From: Oscillospiraceae bacterium
GTDB taxonomy: Bacteria > Bacillota > Clostridia > Oscillospirales > Acutalibacteraceae
DNA length: 64,000 nucleotides
Direction of reading: 5' to 3'
NCBI GenBank assembly: GCA_031551875.1
Contig: JAVBNA010000020.1
Span: 2,167 to 66,166, forward strand
In this document: piece after piece, positions 55,340 through 63,869 of the stretch
Layout of the letters: each line of letters opens with the position of its first letter
Position numbering within the stretch: the stretch's first letter is position 1
The notes under the pieces: generated by a model
Told to the model about the DNA's origin: nothing
The model's input: only the letters and a program-made list of their open reading frames with translations
Databases searched by the model: none
Position numbers and translations under genes: made by a program

Positions 55340-56905
55340 TTAAGACGACGGTCCCACCCGAATGATGCCCTGTACGGGGTTATAGCGGGAATCGGGCAGC
55401 TTCTCGCGGTGATCCTCCTTGCCGTTGAGGTAATAAACACGGTAGGCAACCGCGGTTGATCCGACCTTCGACGAGGTGTCAGTCTTTCTCTGACCCGGTG
55501 CAAGTGATTTGTCCACAATGGTCTTGGTCTTGGCGGGATACAGCGATCCGGTTTTCTGGGAAACCACTTCGATCTTTTCCCATTTGATGGGCTTGCCGTA
55601 AATATAGACGGTTAGCTTAGTGCCCACCTTCGTGGAGCGCAGGTAAACCGGAGAATCCGAGTTGTTTTTAAACTTAAAGTCCGCGCTGGGGTAGTCGATG
55701 GCGGCATCCTGGCCGATCGGCACATATGTAGACGGCCAACGATGGTTGTGACGGGTGACAATTTCCAGATCCGCCCTGATGACCGCCCCGTACAGAGTGG
55801 TAGACACCTGACAGACACCACCGCCCGGCTCCTGGATCAGCTTTCCGTTTTTGATTGCGCCCGCCGCGCGGTAGCCCTTAGCGGTCGTGCGCTTGCCGGT
55901 GCAGTCATTGATGGAAAATGTCTCGCCCGGCTGCACAATGACGCCGTTAAACGCCTTGGACGCGAGCTTGATGTTCGTGTCGCGGTTGTATTCCCCCGTC
56001 GTGGTGGTGGAGAACTGGGAGATCAGCTTAGTGTTGGCCATCGCTTCCTCTTCAGAGACCTTCGGCTTTTTGACTGTCGCGGTTATGCGGATGTCCTGAT
56101 TGCTGCGGCTGTTGACCGCCGCTTTGATGTCCGACCTAAGCTTTTCGCCGTCAATCGCCACGCCGTTTTTGCCGCCCTTCACCACAAACATGACCTCTTC
56201 GTCCGGGCGGAAATCCACCGTTGCGTTCGACATCTCGGTTTCCAGCCATCCTCTGAGGGTTTCCACAAACGCCGCAATTGACTCATCGCTCACCTGATAG
56301 TCAATGATAAAATTCTGGGGATCGGACTCTAAGTTGAGCACCGAAATATAACGGCTGATGCGGTCGCCGTCACGGCCGTACTTGTAGGCCTCCTCAACCG
56401 CCTGATCCGTGTTGTAGGCGGGACTGAGCGCACTGAGTTTGACCGGAACCGGGTCTTTCCCTTCCAGAACCACATTAAACAGAACGCTGTTGCCCTTGGT
56501 CTTCTCCTGCTTTTTGGCATAGGCGATCAGATCATTTTTGGATTTGCCGCCGAACGCCGCGCCTTCAAACTGAATGCCCTGATAGATGTTCGGGGTATCA
56601 AGCAAGCCCTTCATCTGTTCGCTCAGCACCTGATAGCCCACGAAGCCAATCGCCACCAGCACAAAAAGCGCCACGAGAAAGCCGCCCAGCTTACGGGACT
56701 TTTTCACCGGCTGGGGCATGGGCGCACGGGGCGCCACCGGACGGGGCTGAGGTGCACGCATGGGCCGCGGGGGCGGAGCAGGCATCGCTTTGGCGTGCGC
56801 CTGCGGCTGAATGGTCACCGGAACCGCTTTTCCCTGACGTCCGCCGCCAATGGTCCCGCGGGCAACCGGCCTTTTTATCGGGGCTCCACCAATTTGATTA
56901 TTCAT
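55340..56905 (-). CDS. VanW-family protein with an N-terminal TM anchor and a C-terminal G5-like domain
   Basis: 521 aa. VanW core PGETFSIND...GYRAAGAI.NG......GGGVCQVSTTLY...H. Pro-rich N-terminus. Confidence 0.8.
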   Translation of the reverse strand: MNNQIGGAPIKRPVARGTIGGGRQGKAVPVTIQPQAHAKAMPAPPPRPMRAPQPRPVAPRAPMPQPVKKSRKLGGFLVALFVLVAIGFVGYQVLSEQMKGLLDTPNIYQGIQFEGAAFGGKSKNDLIAYAKKQEKTKGNSVLFNVVLEGKDPVPVKLSALSPAYNTDQAVEEAYKYGRDGDRISRYISVLNLESDPQNFIIDYQVSDESIAAFVETLRGWLETEMSNATVDFRPDEEVMFVVKGGKNGVAIDGEKLRSDIKAAVNSRSNQDIRITATVKKPKVSEEEAMANTKLISQFSTTTTGEYNRDTNIKLASKAFNGVIVQPGETFSINDCTGKRTTAKGYRAAGAIKNGKLIQEPGGGVCQVSTTLYGAVIRADLEIVTRHNHRWPSTYVPIGQDAAIDYPSADFKFKNNSDSPVYLRSTKVGTKLTVYIYGKPIKWEKIEVVSQKTGSLYPAKTKTIVDKSLAPGQRKTDTSSKVGSTAVAYRVYYLNGKEDHREKLPDSRYNPVQGIIRVGPSS

Positions 56906-57214
56906 AATTGGGGCCTCCTCTCAATTCACTTAAAGTCTATTCCCTATTGAGCAAAATGGATACACAATATCCGCCACTACTATACTACCCTATTTCCATC
57001 CTGCTTGTAAAGTTACAGAATGATGAAAATGTTTACAATTTGTTATCTTTTTATACCAAAAACACCCCGAATTTGTAAATGGACTATCAAAAACAAGGGA
57101 CCGCATGAATGATTTTTCTGTTAATTATCCTTTTTATAACAAATCCGTCTGGACAAAGCACACAGAATATAGTAATATGATACCATACCCAAGCAAAGAT
57201 TAGGAGGTAAATGC

Positions 57215-57856
57215 ATGGAAGCCAGAACTATTGACATCATCGCCAAGGGCAATCCCGAAGTGAAAATCAAGGTGATTCCGGGACATTTTGCCACCACTCA
57301 TTCGCATGTCAACTATTACATTGACATGACCGGCGCAAAGATTCAGCATAAAATGGCAAAGCTGGTCGCACAGGAGCTCGCCAGACAGTATATCGGCTCG
57401 GTGTCCATTGACTCTATGATTTGCATGGATTCCACCGAAATGATCGGCGGCTTTCTGGCCGACGAGCTGTCGGACAACAAATCCTATTCCATCAACGCCG
57501 GGAAAAACATGAACATCATCACGCCGGAATTCAATTCGACCGGACAGATGATCTTCCGTGACAACACCCAGCGCATGATCTGGGGCAAAAACGTCGTGCT
57601 GCTGATCGCCTCGGCCACAACCGGCAAAACCATCAACCGCGCCATGGAGTGTATCCGGTACTATAATGGAAACATCGCCGGCATTTCCGCCATTTTCAGC
57701 GCGATTGACGCCATTAACGGCATCCATATCAACCGCATTTTTGGCAACGACGACATCACCGATTATCAGACCTACCGTTCCTCTGAATGCCCCTACTGCA
57801 ACGCCAAAATTAAAATTGACGCCATTGTCAATAGCTATGGGTATTCCAAAATATAA
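57215..57856 (+). CDS. Phosphoribosyltransferase-fold protein with an atypical PRPP loop
   Basis: 213 aa. PRTase-like VVLLIASATTGKT loop in which the usual acidic pair is replaced by Ala-Ser. C-terminal CPYC. The gene is visibly AT-richer than its neighbours. Confidence 0.5.
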   Translation: MEARTIDIIAKGNPEVKIKVIPGHFATTHSHVNYYIDMTGAKIQHKMAKLVAQELARQYIGSVSIDSMICMDSTEMIGGFLADELSDNKSYSINAGKNMNIITPEFNSTGQMIFRDNTQRMIWGKNVVLLIASATTGKTINRAMECIRYYNGNIAGISAIFSAIDAINGIHINRIFGNDDITDYQTYRSSECPYCNAKIKIDAIVNSYGYSKI

Positions 57857-57915
57857 CGTCATATGACAGCTTTACCACGCCCGCTTTTCCGGTTTGTCCG
57901 GGGAGGCGGGCGTTT

Positions 57916-58647
57916 TTATGCCCTTTGCAGCGTTCCCTCCCGGATGGCTTTGACCAGGCAGGCGGGCGACAGCTCGTCAAGCAAAAGAAGGTTTCCCTCC
58001 TCGGTCATGTTCCCGAGCGCATGCGCGTCGGAATTGCGCAGGACAAACAGTTGCTCAAGAATGGGATACTTTTTCTTCATCGCCTCAACATCACCCGTGC
58101 GGGAAACCTCCGCACAGGTAAAGCCCGCATCGGGCGGTATGTCGCCCAACGCGGCGGTCACCGAATAGGATGGACGGTCGACGTGCGCGGGAAACGCGCA
58201 GCCGCCGCAACGTGCGGCCAGCGCGACAACCTCGTCCGCGCTCACCGACGACGCGGTCACCAGCAGGAGCTCCTCCGTGCCGACCCTTTCATCCTGCGCA
58301 TTCAGGATGACCTGCTCTCCGAAAATCTCCGGACGGTTTTTGACCGGCGGCAGCCGGCGGCGGATGTCCTCCGAAAAGGAGAGGGCATTCTCCAGCGTGG
58401 AAAACAGGCAGACCACATGCGCCTCCTCGGCGGTGCACAGCTCCATGCCCGGCACGACGCACAGCCCCGTTCCCTGCGCCGCCTCCATGACCGCCGGGCA
58501 GTTGAGGCAGGAATTGTGGTCGGTCAGCGCGATCATGTCCATGCCGTTCAGTAGCGCCATATTCACAATGTTGTTGGGCGTCATATCCGCGTCACTGCAG
58601 GGCGACAGGCAGGAATGCATATGCAAATCGCAGCGTACCGCTCTCAT
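57916..58647 (-). CDS. PHP-domain metal-dependent phosphoesterase
   Basis: 243 aa with CDLHMHSCLSPCS and ALTDHN motifs. Last gene of the five-gene operon; 4-nt overlap with the upstream gene. Confidence 0.8.
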   Translation of the reverse strand: MRAVRCDLHMHSCLSPCSDADMTPNNIVNMALLNGMDMIALTDHNSCLNCPAVMEAAQGTGLCVVPGMELCTAEEAHVVCLFSTLENALSFSEDIRRRLPPVKNRPEIFGEQVILNAQDERVGTEELLLVTASSVSADEVVALAARCGGCAFPAHVDRPSYSVTAALGDIPPDAGFTCAEVSRTGDVEAMKKKYPILEQLFVLRNSDAHALGNMTEEGNLLLLDELSPACLVKAIREGTLQRA

Positions 58648-58976
58648 GAAAGGAGCTGCGCCACCCTAAGCGCTGTGCGGAAGCTGTTTGCTTCGGTTTG
58701 CAGCACGGCCACGCTCTGTGCGTCTGCCTTCTGCCGTGCGTCGTCGTCCAGCGGCGCAGAATCGGTCAGCAGGATGCAGGCAGTGTCCGCCAGCGTCGCC
58801 ACGGCGATCGCATTGAGATTGCCCATCACGGTCAGCCATGCGTCCCCCTCTTGGGCGCGCCCCATCACCCAGCTGAGCAGGTCGCCGATATAACAGCCGG
58901 TCACCTCTCGCCCGAGGCCTTCTTCCCCGGCCAGCAGGGACAGGTTTAGGGTCTCTTTCAGTTCCTGTACGGTCAT
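58644..58976 (-). CDS. DRTGG-domain protein
   Basis: 110 aa. LLSWVMGRAQEGDAWLTVMGNLNAIAVATLA pattern typical of DRTGG domains. Overlaps both neighbours by 4 nt. Confidence 0.65.
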   Translation of the reverse strand: MTVQELKETLNLSLLAGEEGLGREVTGCYIGDLLSWVMGRAQEGDAWLTVMGNLNAIAVATLADTACILLTDSAPLDDDARQKADAQSVAVLQTEANSFRTALRVAQLLS

Positions 58977-60316
58977 GAGGACTTCTCCTTCCCGGATGTG
59001 TTTTTCACGTCGGCCACGAATGCGTCAGGTATGTAACCGCCCATGCTGGACAGAGCCCTCGCGACGCTTTGCAGCTGCTCACGCAGCTTGAAGATACAGT
59101 CACTCTCCTTGCCGGCGCCTTTGACAATGTCCTCCGCCAGCGCCCGGCAACTCGGCGCCCCGCACGACCCGCAGTCGAGCCCCGGGAAATCGGCGGTGTA
59201 GGCGTCGATCTGCTCAAGCATGCGCATGGCTTCCTCCATGTCGTCGGACAGCTTGAGCACCGACGCAAATTCCAGTGACGTCATCCATTTCATATCTTCA
59301 GGTACGTCACCGGACAAATGATTGCAGGACAGGGGCAGGTATTTGCGCAGCTTTTGCAGCCGTGCTTTCGCCACATAGGGATTTTCAACGGTCAGCACGC
59401 CGCCCACACAGCCGCTCGGACAGGCGGACAGCTCGATGAAGTCGATCTCGCCGATGCGGTCGTCCTCCAGCTCCTCGAGCACACGGATACAGTTTTCAAT
59501 GCCGTCGGCCGCCAGGTATTTTTCATTGAGCAGGGCGGCCGATTCGCCGCCGGTGCCCGCCCAGCTGACTCCGATCACGCCTGAGCCCGAAAGACTTTCC
59601 ACCGTCTCAAGCCGCTCCATCTTGGATACCAGCTTGGGGAACACCTCGCTCATGGACACCGCACAGTCCACCCAGGACTTCTCCTTTCCGATGGGCACAT
59701 TGATGTCGGTCACCTTGGCGGGACAGGGTGTGATGAATACACAGCCGATGTCAGAAAGGTCATAGCCCGTGCGCGCGGCGGCGTCCTGCTTGGCAAGCTG
59801 GGCGGCGTATTCCATGGGTGCTGACAGCGGCAGCACATGGTCGCACAGGTCGGGAAACCGCACACGGATGAGCCGCACAATGGCGGGGCAGGCCGAGCTG
59901 ATGATTGGCTTTTTGACCGCCGGGTCGGCGAGCAGCTTGCGGGTGGCCTCGCTGACCAGCTCGGCCGCGCGCGCCACCTCAAACACCTCGTCGAAGCCCA
60001 TCGCCCGCAGCCCCGACAGCACAATGTCGATGTCGTCGAGATTGGTAAACTGCCCATACAGGGCGGGCGCCGGCAGAATAATGGTATATTTCCACTCGAA
60101 CGCATTTTTCAGCGGGTCGAACACCGCTTTTTTGGCGTGATAGGGACAGACGCGGATGCACTCTCCGCAGTCTATACAGCGTTCGGGGATGATTTTAGCC
60201 TTGCCATCGCGCACGCGGATGGCCTCGGTCGGACAGCGCTTGAGACAATTTGTACAGCCTCTGCACTTCTCGCTGTCCAGCGTTACCGAGTGAAAAAAAC
60301 GATTCACGTTGGACAC
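58973..60316 (-). CDS. [FeFe]-hydrogenase-like protein (2x[4Fe-4S] ferredoxin, H-cluster domain, C-terminal CX2CX4CX16C domain), sensory-type
   Basis: CRGCTNCLKRCP and CIDCGECIRVCP. H-domain motifs SSACP, TPCPAK and ELSACPSGCVGG. C-terminal CGSCGAPSC...C. Confidence 0.8.
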   Translation of the reverse strand: MSNVNRFFHSVTLDSEKCRGCTNCLKRCPTEAIRVRDGKAKIIPERCIDCGECIRVCPYHAKKAVFDPLKNAFEWKYTIILPAPALYGQFTNLDDIDIVLSGLRAMGFDEVFEVARAAELVSEATRKLLADPAVKKPIISSACPAIVRLIRVRFPDLCDHVLPLSAPMEYAAQLAKQDAAARTGYDLSDIGCVFITPCPAKVTDINVPIGKEKSWVDCAVSMSEVFPKLVSKMERLETVESLSGSGVIGVSWAGTGGESAALLNEKYLAADGIENCIRVLEELEDDRIGEIDFIELSACPSGCVGGVLTVENPYVAKARLQKLRKYLPLSCNHLSGDVPEDMKWMTSLEFASVLKLSDDMEEAMRMLEQIDAYTADFPGLDCGSCGAPSCRALAEDIVKGAGKESDCIFKLREQLQSVARALSSMGGYIPDAFVADVKNTSGKEKSS

Positions 60317-60333
60317 TCCCTTAAAGATTCAGT

Positions 60334-60771
60334 TTATTGCTCCGACGGCTGCTTGGAGCGCACTGTCAAATAAAGCCTGGTTCCCTTGCCGAGCTCTGTT
60401 TCAATCCGCAGGTCGTCGGTGTATTTTTTGATGTTGGGCAGTCCCATGCCCGCGCCGAATCCCAGCGAACGGACGTTGTCGGGCGCGGTGGAATAGCCCT
60501 CCTGCATCGCTTTATCCACATCGGGGATTCCGGGGCCCTGGTCGGACAGCACGATCTCCACCTTTTCGGGCGTGATCTCCACGTCCGCCTGCCCGCCGCC
60601 CGCGTGGATCACCATGTTGATCTCCCCTTCATACATGGCGATGGCGACGTTGCGGATGGCCTCGGAGTCGTAGCCCAGCTGCTTGAGTGTGCGCTTGACG
60701 CTCCCCGAAGCCTCGCCGGCGCGCGTGAAATCGTCGCCGGGCACGTCATAATGTAAGGAAAGCGGTTTCAT
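60334..60771 (-). CDS. Histidine-kinase-like ATPase (SpoIIAB/RsbW-type anti-sigma Ser kinase fold)
   Basis: 145 aa. N-box AMYEGEINMVIH, G1 DQGPGIPD and G2 GFGAGMGL. Confidence 0.8.
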   Translation of the reverse strand: MKPLSLHYDVPGDDFTRAGEASGSVKRTLKQLGYDSEAIRNVAIAMYEGEINMVIHAGGGQADVEITPEKVEIVLSDQGPGIPDVDKAMQEGYSTAPDNVRSLGFGAGMGLPNIKKYTDDLRIETELGKGTRLYLTVRSKQPSEQ

Positions 60772-61118
60772 TCGTTTTCACAGCCTCCCCGCAGTCCGTT
60801 GGAATAGAGCCGTCCGCACGCGGTGAACATGCGGTACCGGGTTTTGAGCAGGGTGATCTCCCGCTCCTTCGCCAGCTCGATGACCGACGCGTCGGGCTCC
60901 TTGCCCCGCACAAATACGATACAGCGCATGTCCATCATCTCGGCCGTGCGCACGACCTGAGGGTTGATCAGCCCGGTCAGCAGCACCGACTGATCCTTCA
61001 CATAGGCGAGCACGTCGCTCATCATATCGCTGCCGCACGCGGTGTGCAGCTCGTCCTCCAGGTTGGCCGCAGAGATAATGGAGCACTCCAGAATTTCAAT
61101 GATGTCCTTGACCTTCAT
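60768..61118 (-). CDS. DRTGG-domain protein
   Basis: GSDMMSDVLAYVKDQSVLLTGLINPQVVRTAEMMD signature. Start at the ATG at 61118. First gene of the operon, with a TGcTATAAT promoter about 60 nt upstream. Confidence 0.7.
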   Translation of the reverse strand: MKVKDIIEILECSIISAANLEDELHTACGSDMMSDVLAYVKDQSVLLTGLINPQVVRTAEMMDMRCIVFVRGKEPDASVIELAKEREITLLKTRYRMFTACGRLYSNGLRGGCENE

Positions 61119-61235
61119 AATGAATGATTCCTCCCACAAATAGGTGTCCGATGAAGTGTCGGCATAGTAGTATGCGTATTATAGCATAGTTTGACACAAA
61201 AAAACAGCAGGGATTTTTGGAAAAGAATGCGGGCG

Positions 61236-61268
61236 CAAAAAAGCCGGAAAGAAAGGATTCTTTCCGGC
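61236..61268 (-). terminator. Terminator of the AT-rich two-gene unit
   Basis: GCCGGAAAGAA-agga-TTCTTTCCGGC. The A-run on the + strand gives a T-run after the stem on the - strand. Confidence 0.75.
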
Positions 61269-61276
61269 AAAAGTGT

Positions 61277-61702
61277 TTACTCGCTTGGCATCGCCCCACT
61301 GTGCCTCGTCGCAATCAGATAGGTTCGTGTAAATACACTGAATGTAAAAGAATAGTGGACACCATCTTTGGTCCCGGAGATTTCGACTAAATGCTCTTCA
61401 TCATATGTAGTGGGATCTTTGATGTCGAAATACTCCTCTGCAAACTTTTCATGTTCTCCGCCGGGAATCAAATACTGAAGCGGCTGATCGTTCAGCTTAA
61501 CATACTCATCGTCAAACCACATTCGGATAATCGCGTTGAGACCCGTAAACCCGTTGATCCGCTCATCAGTTAGGTAATTGCCGCACAAAAAATATACAAA
61601 GGCAAGAAACACCAGCAATGCGGCGACAATTGCAATGACTTTGCGCCAAATCTTTTTTCCTTTTGTGCTCTCTTCGACTTCCATATCTTCCCTCCGATTC
61701 AT
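61277..61702 (-). CDS. Hypothetical membrane-anchored protein
   Basis: 141 aa with one TM segment (VIAIVAALLVFLAFVYFL). ATGA overlap with the upstream gene. AT-rich codon usage unlike its surroundings. Confidence 0.5.
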   Translation of the reverse strand: MNRREDMEVEESTKGKKIWRKVIAIVAALLVFLAFVYFLCGNYLTDERINGFTGLNAIIRMWFDDEYVKLNDQPLQYLIPGGEHEKFAEEYFDIKDPTTYDEEHLVEISGTKDGVHYSFTFSVFTRTYLIATRHSGAMPSE

Positions 61703-62460
61703 TGGTCTCCCTCTTGCTGAATCATTCTATGTCCCAGATAAACTCCAATTGACTTTCTTTTTTTCCGCTCTTGTTTACCCGCTACTATTTTTAGACAAAT
61801 CCCAATGATGAGTATGATTAAAGCAAAGATACAATTGATGATCAATACGTTATCCAGCGACCTCCATGTGACTGCTGCCATGGATATGCCAAAAACGAGA
61901 ACTGCACACCACCTCAAAATCCCTTTGTTCAAAAGCAAGGCGATTATATACAGTCCCATGGTTAGGGTTAATGCGACTATAGTCCAATTCGCAAAATGAG
62001 AATTGACCAGCATATTATACCAATCTGATATGCTCATATAGTCCCCATGCCTTGCGCTGCCCGAAGTCCGTAGGTAATTTATGCTTATCACCTTTGTTAT
62101 AATGGGATAAAAGAAAAAAGCAAAGCCCAACACATCATAAAAAGCAAGGGCAACCTTCTGGTTTGAAGTTTTTACGGTACGCCGAATCCAGAAAAATGCA
62201 ACCAAAAGAATGATTTTTAAAAGCTCGGCAATGAGTATTAAACAATGGTATATAAATTCATCACCTAATGAAAAATCATAATTCTTCAATAAAATTTCTC
62301 CGGGCCAAGGGAGAAGTGCGAGCAAAATATAGATGATGCCCGCAGTAATGAATAAGGACGAAAACGCAGAAAAGTGCGTTTGAATTTTTTTGGATATAGC
62401 TTTTGTGTCCGATGTGTTTTGCTGGTTGAGTTCTGTGTTTTGATTGTCCATTTGAATCAA
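61699..62460 (-). CDS. Hypothetical polytopic membrane protein
   Basis: 253 aa with about six hydrophobic segments. AT-rich. No recognisable family. Confidence 0.5.
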   Translation of the reverse strand: MIQMDNQNTELNQQNTSDTKAISKKIQTHFSAFSSLFITAGIIYILLALLPWPGEILLKNYDFSLGDEFIYHCLILIAELLKIILLVAFFWIRRTVKTSNQKVALAFYDVLGFAFFFYPIITKVISINYLRTSGSARHGDYMSISDWYNMLVNSHFANWTIVALTLTMGLYIIALLLNKGILRWCAVLVFGISMAAVTWRSLDNVLIINCIFALIILIIGICLKIVAGKQERKKRKSIGVYLGHRMIQQEGDQ

Positions 62461-62640
62461 CTCCTTTTTGCAATAATCGCTTCATTTCAATTGGATGTTT
62501 TGCTTAAATCATCTTATCATATTGTCATTTTTTGTCAAGATTTTTCTATCGTAAATTGATTGGTTTTTCTGTAAAAGGCAAATGTTTTTACATCATGCAT
62601 GATACAACGACCTCTTTGTGAAAAAAACATCGAAATGAGA

Positions 62641-62669
62641 TTGACTTGGCTGACAGAAAAAACTATAAT
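62641..62669 (+). promoter_or_regulatory. serC-serA promoter TTGACT-17-TATAAT
   Basis: Read directly. About 85 nt upstream of the serC ATG. Confidence 0.6.
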
Positions 62670-62754
62670 AATGAGTAAAGGAACTCTGCGACGCACGGGC
62701 ATTGTCCTGTGACACAGGCAGAATCAAAACTTAATTTTGGAGGTATTTAGCGTT

Positions 62755-63840
62755 ATGAGTCGAGTGTATAACTTCTCTGCGGGCCCTTCCGTATTGCCGG
62801 AGTCGGTTCTGAAACGTGCGGCGGACGAACTGCTGTGCTATGGGGACAGCGGCCAGTCGGTCATGGAAATGTCCCACCGTTCCAAGGAATACGAAGCGAT
62901 TATTGGCGGGTGTGAGACCCTGCTGCGCGAGACGATGGGCGTCCCGGACAACTATAAGGTTCTCTTTTTACAGGGCGGCGCCTCCTCGCAGTTTGCCATG
63001 ATCCCTCTCAACCTGATGAACAGGAGCGGCAAGGCCGACTATGTGCTGACCGGCCAGTGGGCCAGCAAGGCCTATCAGGAGGCCGCGCGGTACGGCGATG
63101 TCAAGGCGGTCGCCTCTTCGAAGGACAAAACCTTCTCCTATATTCCCGAACTGGATCCCGCTACCTTTACCCCCGACGCCGACTATTTCCACATCTGCCT
63201 CAACAACACAATCTACGGCACCCGCTATACGAAGCTGCCCCAGACTGGCAATGTGCCGCTCGTCGCGGACATCTCCTCCTGCATCCTCAGTGAGCCGATC
63301 GACGTCTCCAAATTCGGCGTGCTCTATGCGGGCGCGCAGAAAAACATGGCGCCGGCGGGGCTTACCGTGGTCATCATCCGCGAGGATCTGATCGGCAACG
63401 CCCGTGACATCACCCCCACCATGTTCAACTACCAGATTCACGCCGACAACGGCTCGATGTACAACACGCCCCCCTGCTACACCATCTACATGGCGAAGCT
63501 TGTACTTGAATGGATTCGTGACGAGATCGGCGGTCTCGTAAAAATGAAGGAGCTCAACGAGAAAAAAGCGGGGCTTCTGTACAATTTCCTGGACAGCTCC
63601 AAGCTCTTCAAGGCCACCGTACAGGGCGCAGACCGTTCGCTCATGAACATCCCCTTCATCACCGGCAACGAGGAGCTTGACAAGAAGTTTGTCAAGGAAG
63701 CGGTTGCGGCGGGCTTTATCAATCTCAAGGGTCACCGCTCGGTGGGCGGCATGCGCGCCTCCATCTACAACGCCATGCCGATTGAGGGCGTGGAAAAGCT
63801 CGTGGCCTTCATGAAGGAATTTGAAGCCGCGAACGCCTGA
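62755..63840 (+). CDS. serC: Phosphoserine aminotransferase
   Basis: VYNFSAGPSVLPE, FLQGGAS.QF and YAGAQKN motifs. Start at the ATG at 62755 after GGAGG. Confidence 0.93.
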   Translation: MSRVYNFSAGPSVLPESVLKRAADELLCYGDSGQSVMEMSHRSKEYEAIIGGCETLLRETMGVPDNYKVLFLQGGASSQFAMIPLNLMNRSGKADYVLTGQWASKAYQEAARYGDVKAVASSKDKTFSYIPELDPATFTPDADYFHICLNNTIYGTRYTKLPQTGNVPLVADISSCILSEPIDVSKFGVLYAGAQKNMAPAGLTVVIIREDLIGNARDITPTMFNYQIHADNGSMYNTPPCYTIYMAKLVLEWIRDEIGGLVKMKELNEKKAGLLYNFLDSSKLFKATVQGADRSLMNIPFITGNEELDKKFVKEAVAAGFINLKGHRSVGGMRASIYNAMPIEGVEKLVAFMKEFEAANA

Positions 63841-63869
63841 CACTGAACAGGAGAAAGGGTGCAAGAAAC

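Noticed and set aside
57106-57204. 32-codon ORF upstream of the PRTase gene
   Set aside because: Only a weak RBS, an AT-rich chance ORF, and no supporting feature.
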